Of a stretch of DNA of 32,000 nucleotides, positions 24,227 through 31,429 are shown one piece after another. Made by a program: the position numbers and the translations under genes. Under the pieces are notes generated by a model that saw nothing but the letters and a program-made list of their open reading frames with translations, searched no databases and was not told where the DNA came from. The stretch comes from Sedimentisphaera cyanobacteriorum (lineage in GTDB: Bacteria; Planctomycetota; Phycisphaerae; Sedimentisphaerales; Sedimentisphaeraceae), in NCBI RefSeq assembly GCF_001997385.1, contig NZ_CP019633.1:2550001-2582000 (forward strand), written 5' to 3'. The stretch's first letter is position 1; every line of letters begins with the position of its first letter.

Positions 24227-26494
24227 TTACTCAAGCCAGCTTTCTGCAAGCTCAATCAAATCATCCGTGTTTACAAATCCGTCGCGGCTAAAGTCAGCAT
24301 AGCTGCATCCCTGTTTATTCGGGCAGTCTTCAGCGAGCCACCAATACGCTATATGCGAAAAGTTTAGATATGAGTTATCAGGCGAAATCTCTGCTTTTCC
24401 GTTTGAGTACAGCATAGAGCTGTCCCACGAAAGCCCCTCCGGGAGAACGGGCATAATCTCTAAGTAGAATTCACTGCTGAGATGGTTTACCCCTTCCATC
24501 AGCTCATAAGAAGCGTTTGGCTCAAGGCTTAGGCTTTCGTGGGGGTTGAAATACAATCTGCCGGTAATAAAAGTTTGGCTGGTCTGCGTGAAGCTGAGCT
24601 TGGCTGAGCCGTCTAATTCTAAAGTTCCGCTGCTCATTTTGAAGGTATCTTCGATATAAACCGTGCCTTCTCCTTTTACAGCGAGCTTTTTATAGTTTAG
24701 ATCTACCTCGCCGGTAAGGTGCAGTTCAGCTCCGTTTTCAACAATAATATCAATATGATTGTTCAGCCACACAGGCACTGCTATCTCGTGGCTGCCTCTT
24801 CGCACTTCAATCACGCTTTGATAAGTATCTGATTCAAATGTGATGCTGCCCGGGCCCTGCAGAGTGTAGCCGGAGTCATTATTGAATCGGATAGACTTGA
24901 TCGCGTAGTCTTTATTCAAGCTCACAGAGGCAGGCGATCCGGCTGCGCTTCCAAAATTCGCTGTTTCGCTGTTATTCTCAGGTCTTCCCCAGTAGTACCA
25001 GTTGGTAAGGTCTTCCCAGTTTCCCGAGCCGCTTTTTGTCCAAGCCTTTTCTCCCTCAGCGGGCTGGGAGATATCCAGCTGCCCGCTCTGAAAAGCTGCC
25101 GGCGAGCTTGCCGGGGAATCAATATAATTGCCCAGCGCATCAAAACGCAGTATTTTCCCGTTCTGCTGGCGGATATATACATCACCATTGTCGTCCTGAG
25201 CTAATGCTTCAGGGTTATTAAGCGGCTGTCCTTCGAAAGTGCTGCCCAGCGTAAAACTTCCGAGAGGTGCATCCTGATGCTGCGTTTTTTCGAATCTGAG
25301 AACATCTCCATTTGCTGAATCAATAACGAGGAAATGCTCAGGCGAGGCTTGCCTGAAATTTTCGATTTTGTGGAAAGTCATCAGGTTACTGTCGTGGCCG
25401 CGGGGCGGTTTTTCATCGCCCCCGCCTACGTCAAAAGCGGTGCGTGAGGCTATAACCATATCATCTCCGTCGAAGTCAAAATTGAAATACTGAAAACCCT
25501 CGCCGAAAGAGCCGTTATCGAGGTTTTCGGTGAAAATGAAAATCTTCTGCAGCTCCCAATTGATCAAGTCTTCCGAGCTGAGCAGTCCTCCCGCAGTGCG
25601 AACAAGCTCAGGCGGAGTGCCTTCTCCCTTGTGAACGTCTAATACAGGATTGCTAAGCACATAAAACTTGCCGGAAACAGGGTCGTATGAAGCTCCGAAC
25701 TTTTTCTCGCCTCCGGGCAGATGCGGGAAGGCATCTTCAGCGGATGCATTGAATTTTACCTTAGAAGGGGATTTTGCTTTTATACGAGCTGTATGAGGAA
25801 GTCCGCGGATTTTGGGCAGAATATAAACCCCGGTTTGAGCCGATGCCACGGCCTGACCTTCAGTCCAGCCTCCGTCCCATTCGTCTCCCAGCGGATGCCC
25901 GTTTGGGGATGCCCAGTTGGTCATTGTCCAAGAGCTTGCTTTGAGCAAATCTGCGCCGGTTGGAGCAGAAATAAGACGTCTTGTCGCTCCTGACCAAATT
26001 CGCCCGTTAAAAACCAGGGGATTATTCGGTGAGCCTATGCCTTGATTGCCGAGAAGGCCTGTCTGCGAATTATCTGCATTTGTCCAAGTATTGCCGTTGT
26101 CTGTAGATTTGCGTATTACATTCTGTCCGCCGTCGGAGTTGTAGGAACCGAGCAGGTATAAATCACCATTATGAACGAAAAGACTGGCTCTGAGAATGCC
26201 GTTAAGGGTGGCTGAATGAGTCCAGCTTGCACCTTTGTCTGAAGAACGAAACACTGAGGTTTTGCCGGAATTATCGGCATCAGAGCCCCCTCCAAATCTT
26301 GCATGAGAGGTGATATAATCCCCGTTCGGGAGCACTGTTATACAGGGGTCTGAAATATAAACCGGATTTATTGGTACTCCAAAAAAGCGTGAAGGCGATT
26401 CGATGTAGTTGATAACACTGCCAGGGACTGAGCTGAAATCTGCTTTAACAAAACAGAATACGCTTAAAAATAACACAAAACCAAACTTTTTCAT
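24227..26494 (-). CDS. secreted BNR/Asp-box (sialidase-superfamily-like) protein with autotransporter-type beta-strand repeat region and dockerin-like C-terminal tail
   Basis: The protein has a signal peptide (MKKFGFVLFLSVFCFVKA) and Asp-boxes SSDKGASWT and STDNGNTWT. A central segment, WTKSGSGNWEDLTNWYY...ANFG...IKSIRFNN..GYTLQG, resembles PATR-type repeats. The C-terminus is DFSRDGFVNTDDLIELAESWLE. Confidence 0.7.
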   Translation of the reverse strand: MKKFGFVLFLSVFCFVKADFSSVPGSVINYIESPSRFFGVPINPVYISDPCITVLPNGDYITSHARFGGGSDADNSGKTSVFRSSDKGASWTHSATLNGILRASLFVHNGDLYLLGSYNSDGGQNVIRKSTDNGNTWTNADNSQTGLLGNQGIGSPNNPLVFNGRIWSGATRRLISAPTGADLLKASSWTMTNWASPNGHPLGDEWDGGWTEGQAVASAQTGVYILPKIRGLPHTARIKAKSPSKVKFNASAEDAFPHLPGGEKKFGASYDPVSGKFYVLSNPVLDVHKGEGTPPELVRTAGGLLSSEDLINWELQKIFIFTENLDNGSFGEGFQYFNFDFDGDDMVIASRTAFDVGGGDEKPPRGHDSNLMTFHKIENFRQASPEHFLVIDSANGDVLRFEKTQHQDAPLGSFTLGSTFEGQPLNNPEALAQDDNGDVYIRQQNGKILRFDALGNYIDSPASSPAAFQSGQLDISQPAEGEKAWTKSGSGNWEDLTNWYYWGRPENNSETANFGSAAGSPASVSLNKDYAIKSIRFNNDSGYTLQGPGSITFESDTYQSVIEVRRGSHEIAVPVWLNNHIDIIVENGAELHLTGEVDLNYKKLAVKGEGTVYIEDTFKMSSGTLELDGSAKLSFTQTSQTFITGRLYFNPHESLSLEPNASYELMEGVNHLSSEFYLEIMPVLPEGLSWDSSMLYSNGKAEISPDNSYLNFSHIAYWWLAEDCPNKQGCSYADFSRDGFVNTDDLIELAESWLE

Positions 26495-26608
26495 AATCAG
26501 CCTCTTAAAAAGGTTTGCAAAGTCTTAGAATAAATATCTGTTTAACATTTCTAATATTTAATGTTCGGGCAGGGCGAATGTTTGACTTTTTTTTTTGATT
26601 TACTTTGC

Positions 26609-26636
26609 TTGACCGTCAAATTTAATGATGTAAAAT
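26609..26636 (+). promoter_or_regulatory. sigma-70-type promoter of the sigma-54 activator gene
   Basis: TTGACC (26609-26614), a 16-bp spacer and TAAAAT (26631-26636). TTGGCGCA (26641-26648) and TTAGCGCA (26652-26659) lie immediately downstream. Confidence 0.5.
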
Positions 26637-26689
26637 TAAGTTGGCGCAGAGTTAGCGCATTTGAATTGCATTTTATTTCTGAGGCATAT

Positions 26690-28057
26690 ATGGCAGGTTC
26701 AAGCAATCTGAATTCACATTTCCGGGAGGCTCTGATAGAAACAGTTCCGTGCTCGGTTTTTATAGTGGACAAGAATCGCAAGATTATATTCTGGAGCAAA
26801 TCCGCCGAGCAGCTCACAGGCTACAGCGCTGAGGAGATTATCGGGAGCACCTGCTACAAGCTCAGGATGAATATATGCGCGAGCAAGGATCCGGAAATCC
26901 GCAAAACTTTCTGCCCACTTGAATCTGGGAACGAAGGGGCTGAGGTAGAATGCGAGATGATCCGCAAAGACGGCAGCACAGTTCCCGTTATGCGGCGCAG
27001 CAAGCCTGTTTACGATGATGCAGGGCAGATGATCGGAGCGATCGAGGCTCTTATAGATGTGAGCCTGATAAAGCAGGCGAGAACAGAAATCAGCATACTA
27101 AAGCATGAAATCGCAAGGCGGGGCAGCTTCGGGCAGCTCGTTGGCGGGTCTTCAAGAATGCAGAAGCTTTACGAAACGATTAAAGTGGTCTCGCAGACCG
27201 ATGCGAATGTAGTTGTGGAAGGTGATACCGGCACAGGCAAAGAGCTTATCGCCAAAACCATCCACAACGAGAGCCTGAGGTCTAAGGGGATATTTCTGGC
27301 TGTAAACTGCGGGGCTCTTCCCGAATCTCTGCTGGAGGCAGAGCTGTTCGGTCATGCAAAGGGCGCGTTCACAGGGGCTGTTCAAGCTCGTACAGGCTGC
27401 TTTGAGGCCGCCGGCGGAGGCACGCTTTTCCTCGACGAGATTGGCGAGATGCCGCTTACATCTCAGGTGAAGATACTCCGCGCTATACAGGAGAAGGAAA
27501 TAACGAGAATCGGCGAAACGGCTCCCCGCAAGATTAACGTTAGGATTATTGCCGCCTCAAACCGAAACCTTTATAAGATGGTTCAGGAAGGCATTTTCCG
27601 CGAAGACCTTTACTACAGGCTCAATGTGGTTAATTTGCGTGTCCCATCGCTTTCCGAACGAACGGAAGATATACCTGATCTGGTTACCCATTTCATCCAT
27701 CAGTTCAATTCCGAGTACAGCAGGAACATCGAAGGCTGCTCGCCTTCTGCTATGGAGAATCTGCTCAGCAGAGAGTGGCCAGGGAATGTCCGTGAGCTCA
27801 AGCATTCTATAGAGCATGCGTTTGCCGTTTCGCTGAGGGGGCAGAAAACTATTACTATTGAATCTCTGCCTGCGGTGAAACCGAGGTCAATCAGTCTTGA
27901 AGAAGAACATACCAGCCTTCACTCAGATCCCAAAACCGAGCTTTTGGAGACGTTAAAAAAGACTGGCGGAAATAAAACCAAGGCAGCGAAACTGCTCGGG
28001 ATAACAAGGGCAGGGCTTTACAAAAGGCTGAAGCGTTTCGGCATAGATGCCGGTTAG
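26690..28057 (+). CDS. sigma-54-dependent transcriptional activator (Cys-rich PAS domain, AAA+ sigma-54 interaction domain, Fis-type HTH)
   Basis: I chose ATG 26690; the 43 upstream codons in the ORF track run through the promoter. Motifs present: Walker A GDTGTGKE, the sigma-54 contact loop GAFTGA, Walker B LFLDEIGEM and the HTH KTKAAKLLGITRAGLYKRLKRFGI. The PAS-like N-terminus is VFIVDKNRKIIFWSKSAEQLTGYSAEEIIG. Confidence 0.9.
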   Translation: MAGSSNLNSHFREALIETVPCSVFIVDKNRKIIFWSKSAEQLTGYSAEEIIGSTCYKLRMNICASKDPEIRKTFCPLESGNEGAEVECEMIRKDGSTVPVMRRSKPVYDDAGQMIGAIEALIDVSLIKQARTEISILKHEIARRGSFGQLVGGSSRMQKLYETIKVVSQTDANVVVEGDTGTGKELIAKTIHNESLRSKGIFLAVNCGALPESLLEAELFGHAKGAFTGAVQARTGCFEAAGGGTLFLDEIGEMPLTSQVKILRAIQEKEITRIGETAPRKINVRIIAASNRNLYKMVQEGIFREDLYYRLNVVNLRVPSLSERTEDIPDLVTHFIHQFNSEYSRNIEGCSPSAMENLLSREWPGNVRELKHSIEHAFAVSLRGQKTITIESLPAVKPRSISLEEEHTSLHSDPKTELLETLKKTGGNKTKAAKLLGITRAGLYKRLKRFGIDAG

Positions 28058-28147
28058 CGCAAACCTCATCCTGTTAGCGCATATTTAATTAGCGCATCGG
28101 TTTATAACACGCAAAACAAAGGCCTTTAGGGCTTTTTGAAAGCGCAT
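28054..28147 (+). promoter_or_regulatory. cluster of four direct (T/A)(T/A)AGCGCA repeats, candidate enhancer (UAS) sites
   Basis: TTAGCGCA occurs at 28054-28061, 28074-28081 and 28089-28096, and AAAGCGCA at 28139-28146. The same motif occurs at 26652-26659. Confidence 0.5.
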
Positions 28148-28165
28148 ACTTCCTTTTTTGTTTTT

Positions 28166-28181
28166 TGGCATACTTCTTTCT
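28166..28181 (+). promoter_or_regulatory. candidate sigma-54 (-24/-12) promoter
   Basis: TGGCAT-ACTTC-TTTCT compared with the consensus TGGCAC-N5-TTGCW. The spacing is correct and the -12 G is replaced by T. It lies about 35 nt upstream of ATG 28216. Confidence 0.5.
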
Positions 28182-28215
28182 TAGCTCTATGTAAGTGGTT
28201 ATACAAGGCTATTAA

Positions 28216-28551
28216 ATGAATCAAGAGAGCAAAGCAACATCCATAAAAGAACTCGGCAGCAGAATAAAAAACGGCACCTGGCTGGTAATGTTTGCTGCTG
28301 AATGGAGCAGTCCGTGCATGCGTCAGGCTGAAATACTCGAAGCGGTAGAAGACAGCCTTCGCGAGATGGGCTTAAAAACAGCTCAACTGAGCTCTGAGAA
28401 CTTTCCTGAGCTTGCAGAAAGATGGAGTATTCTTGCCTACCCGACAATCCTTATAATCCGAAACGGAAGTGTAAAATGCCGGCTTATAGGTGTGCAGTCT
28501 GCTGAGTCTATATGGAAAGCTGCTGACAGAATTAACAAAAAACAAAATTAA
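28216..28551 (+). CDS. thioredoxin-fold protein with SxxC (WSSPC) in place of the CxxC active site
   Basis: 111 aa. LVMFAAEWSSPCMRQAEIL aligns with the thioredoxin WCGPC region, and AYPTILIIRNG matches the cis-Pro strand. Confidence 0.7.
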   Translation: MNQESKATSIKELGSRIKNGTWLVMFAAEWSSPCMRQAEILEAVEDSLREMGLKTAQLSSENFPELAERWSILAYPTILIIRNGSVKCRLIGVQSAESIWKAADRINKKQN

Positions 28552-28559
28552 CAAAGGAG

Positions 28560-30260
28560 ATGGCAATGGGAAAAGGTATGAAGGTAGTGGTTATAGGTGC
28601 AGTGGCTGCGGGGCCGAAAGTGGCTTCGAAGATTATTAGGCAGATGCCTGATGCAGAGGTAACCTGCGTTGAGAAGGGCAGATTCCTTTCTTATGCAGGC
28701 TGCGGGCTTCCATACTATGTATCCGGCGTAGTGGAAGATCAGGCAGAGCTGATGAGTACGCCTGTAGGTGTGGTTCGGGATCCGGTGTTTTTCAGGAACG
28801 TGAAAAACGTGCACGTTCTCGAGCAGACAGAGGCAGTATCGATAGACCGTAGCGGAAAGAAGGTTTATGCGAAGGATATCAGAACGGGCAATGAGATCTC
28901 GCTGGATTATGATAAGCTTGTGCTTGCAACGGGTGCATCGCCCTTTATTCCTCCGATTGAAGGCACGAAACTTAAGAACGTATTCACTCTGCACGGGGTG
29001 GATGATGCAGAGGGCATAAAGGCTATGCTCGCGGAGCATAAGGCCAGAGATGCAGTGATAATCGGCGGCGGTCTTATCGGCGTCGAGATAACCGAATCTC
29101 TCGTTCATACAGGCTGCAGGGTAACGATGGTTGAGATGATGCCCCAGATCCTCACCATGCTCGACTGGGAGATGGCAAAGCTCGTTGAGCAGCACATGGA
29201 GGCAAAGGGGGTTAAGGTTCTGACAAGCACGAAGGTTGAAAAGGTGGATGGAAAATCAGGCGTTGTTGAGGCCGTGCGGACTTCCAACGGGAAAATATGC
29301 ACCGATATGGTTATTATGGCTGTAGGGGTGCGCCCGAATACAAAGCTCGCCAAAGATGCGGGTCTCGAGCTGGGAGTTGGCGGGACGATTAAAGTGAACC
29401 AGAAGATGCAGACAACAGACCCCGATATCTACGCCGCCGGAGACTGTGTGGAGATGGAGAACCTTATCACCAAAGACAAATGCTATGTTCCGCTTGGCTC
29501 AACGGCCAATAAGCAGGGCAGGGTGGCAGCGAATAATATCTCCGGCAGAAAAGATTCATTCCCGGGCATTCTCGGAAGCGCAGTATGCAAGGTGTTTGAT
29601 TTCTGCGTTGCTCGAACCGGCCTGAGCGAAGAGCAGGCAGCTAATGCCGGATTTGACGTGGAAACTGTGCTTTCCCCGTCCCCGGATAAGGCGCATTTTA
29701 TGCCCGAGGCGAAGATGCTGATGCTGAAGCTGGTGGCTGATAAGAAATCAGGAAGGCTGCTCGGGCTTCAGGCAATAGGTCCGGGGGCAGGTGACAAGCG
29801 GGTTGATGCAGCAGCAGCGGCAATCTCTGCCGGTATGACGATGGAGCAGATATCAAACCTCGATCTGTGTTACGCTCCGCCATTCTCTCCTGCAATGGAC
29901 AATCTCATAACAGCAGCAAACGTTATGCGGAACAAGCTTGAAGGGGATATGGAAGGCATTTCTCCTCGAGAGCTGAAAGACAAGATGGACAGCGGAGAAG
30001 ATTTATTCCTGCTTGATGTAAGAAGCGAGGGCGAATTCAATGAAGTTCGGATTCCCGGGGCAGTGAATATCCCGCTCGGAATGCTTCGCAAGAGGCTTGA
30101 TGAAGTGCCCGAAGACAAAAACACGCAGATTGTTGTTTTCTGCAAGATTTCTTTGAGAGGATACGAAGCAGGGCTCATACTCGAAAACGCAGGCTGGAAG
30201 GACATAAAAGTTCTCGACGGCGGCGTTGTAATGTGGCCTTTCGAAAAGATTACACCATAA
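28560..30260 (+). CDS. CoA-disulfide reductase/NADH-dependent persulfide reductase-type flavoprotein with C-terminal rhodanese domain
   Basis: Motifs present: VVVIGAVAAGPKVASK (FAD), SYAGCGLPYY (redox Cys), VIIGGGLIGVEITE (NAD(P)H) and IYAAGDC. The C-terminal rhodanese has FLLDVRSEGEF and the active-site loop FCKISLRG. The start is ambiguous among ATG 28560, 28566 and 28578. Confidence 0.85.
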   Translation: MAMGKGMKVVVIGAVAAGPKVASKIIRQMPDAEVTCVEKGRFLSYAGCGLPYYVSGVVEDQAELMSTPVGVVRDPVFFRNVKNVHVLEQTEAVSIDRSGKKVYAKDIRTGNEISLDYDKLVLATGASPFIPPIEGTKLKNVFTLHGVDDAEGIKAMLAEHKARDAVIIGGGLIGVEITESLVHTGCRVTMVEMMPQILTMLDWEMAKLVEQHMEAKGVKVLTSTKVEKVDGKSGVVEAVRTSNGKICTDMVIMAVGVRPNTKLAKDAGLELGVGGTIKVNQKMQTTDPDIYAAGDCVEMENLITKDKCYVPLGSTANKQGRVAANNISGRKDSFPGILGSAVCKVFDFCVARTGLSEEQAANAGFDVETVLSPSPDKAHFMPEAKMLMLKLVADKKSGRLLGLQAIGPGAGDKRVDAAAAAISAGMTMEQISNLDLCYAPPFSPAMDNLITAANVMRNKLEGDMEGISPRELKDKMDSGEDLFLLDVRSEGEFNEVRIPGAVNIPLGMLRKRLDEVPEDKNTQIVVFCKISLRGYEAGLILENAGWKDIKVLDGGVVMWPFEKITP

Positions 30261-30288
30261 CACTAATTACCTATTACCACTCCTTGCA

Positions 30289-30312
30289 AGGGGCGGCGCA
30301 ATGCCGTCCCTT
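30289..30312. terminator. GC-rich hairpin between convergent genes, candidate bidirectional terminator
   Basis: AGGGGCGGC-GCAAT-GCCGTCCCTT forms an 8-9 bp stem with one bulge. T-rich sequence follows on the + strand. Confidence 0.45.
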
Positions 30313-30318
30313 CTCTTG

Positions 30319-31419
30319 TTATGGCTGAACAGCTTTAAGCAGCTCGCTGTCTATGAGCCGGGCTGTTTTTGCCAGTTTGAATCTGCCGGCGTTTTCTATT
30401 GCCTCTCGGGCGTTCCTTTCGCGAAAGGCTTTGTCTGTTATGAGGGTTTCAAGCCTTTCTGCTAAGTCTTCAGCGGTGCTTCCGTAGAGCAGCAGTTCGC
30501 TTTTTTGGAATGTTTCGGGGTATGCGAGCCTGTTTGGAACCGCACAGGCGCAGCCCGCAGAGGAGGCCTCCAGAGCAGAAATCCCGAAGAACTCGTGATT
30601 GGCAGTGGAAACGAATATATCGCTGTCTTTGAGCACACCCAGATATTCCCGCTTTGATTGTTTGAAGCCCCAATTCTCTATGATATCCGCAAATTCAGTT
30701 TTTGCCTGTTCGAAAATCGAAGGCGAGTTTGCAAAGCTCTGCCCCAAAACGTTCAGCCTGAATTCGATTCCCTTCTCCTGCAGAATCCTTGCGGCAAGGA
30801 AGAAGTCTTCGGGGTTTTTATCGTGTTCCCATCTGGCTGCCCAAGAGATTCTTGGCACATTGCGAAGCGGAATCCTGCTTTCTATTTCACCGCTTATTCC
30901 GGGGTATGTGATTTGGGATTTTTCTCTTATTTGCTCGAGAATTTCGAGGCACTTGAAGTCCGGCATCTTCCTGAGAACTTTTTCCGATTCGCTGAGGAAG
31001 TCTTCCAGATGATACCCGGAATTGAACATCACCTTATCAGCTGCCAATGCGCTTGATAGGTTCGTTATTCCAAACTGAAAATCTCTCTTGTCTTCCACCT
31101 GATTGGGATAGGTAAACTGATTTTCGTGGAAATAGATAACAGAGGGCAGATTCGCTGCCTTACAAATTCCCTTGAGCTCTGAGAGGTTGAGCATATCCGA
31201 GCAGAAGATTGCATCAAATTTCTGTCCTTTGGATTTCAGCTCATCTATTCTTCCCGCCATCTCAAATGCGCTTGCCCGCATACGCCATTTCCACTTCCTT
31301 GCGGGCATAGTCAGCAGATGACTGCTGTGCCGGCTGTTTTCGCAGAAGCCCTCGAGAAATTCCTTGTGGCTTCCGTCGAAGTAGGGCTCTATGATAAGTA
31401 TGTTCAGCTTTTCATCCAT
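30319..31419 (-). CDS. DUF3524-type N-terminal domain plus group-1 glycosyltransferase (GTDC1/QTMAN-like)
   Basis: ILIIEPYFDGSHKEFLEGF and ARKWKWRMRASAF match what I recall for the DUF3524 N-terminal domain. The C-terminal half, FVSTANHEFFGISALEASSAGC, is GT4/GT1-like (EX7E region). Confidence 0.7.
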   Translation of the reverse strand: MDEKLNILIIEPYFDGSHKEFLEGFCENSRHSSHLLTMPARKWKWRMRASAFEMAGRIDELKSKGQKFDAIFCSDMLNLSELKGICKAANLPSVIYFHENQFTYPNQVEDKRDFQFGITNLSSALAADKVMFNSGYHLEDFLSESEKVLRKMPDFKCLEILEQIREKSQITYPGISGEIESRIPLRNVPRISWAARWEHDKNPEDFFLAARILQEKGIEFRLNVLGQSFANSPSIFEQAKTEFADIIENWGFKQSKREYLGVLKDSDIFVSTANHEFFGISALEASSAGCACAVPNRLAYPETFQKSELLLYGSTAEDLAERLETLITDKAFRERNAREAIENAGRFKLAKTARLIDSELLKAVQP

Positions 31420-31429
31420 TCGGGCTGTT

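Noticed and set aside
26561-26689. 43-codon N-terminal extension of the sigma-54 activator in the ORF track (a start at 26561).
   Set aside because: The extension is translated from the promoter and T-rich leader region (MFGQGECLTFFFDLLCL...) and contains the predicted -35 and -10 elements and the TTAGCGCA sites. ATG 26690, preceding the PAS domain, is the more plausible start.
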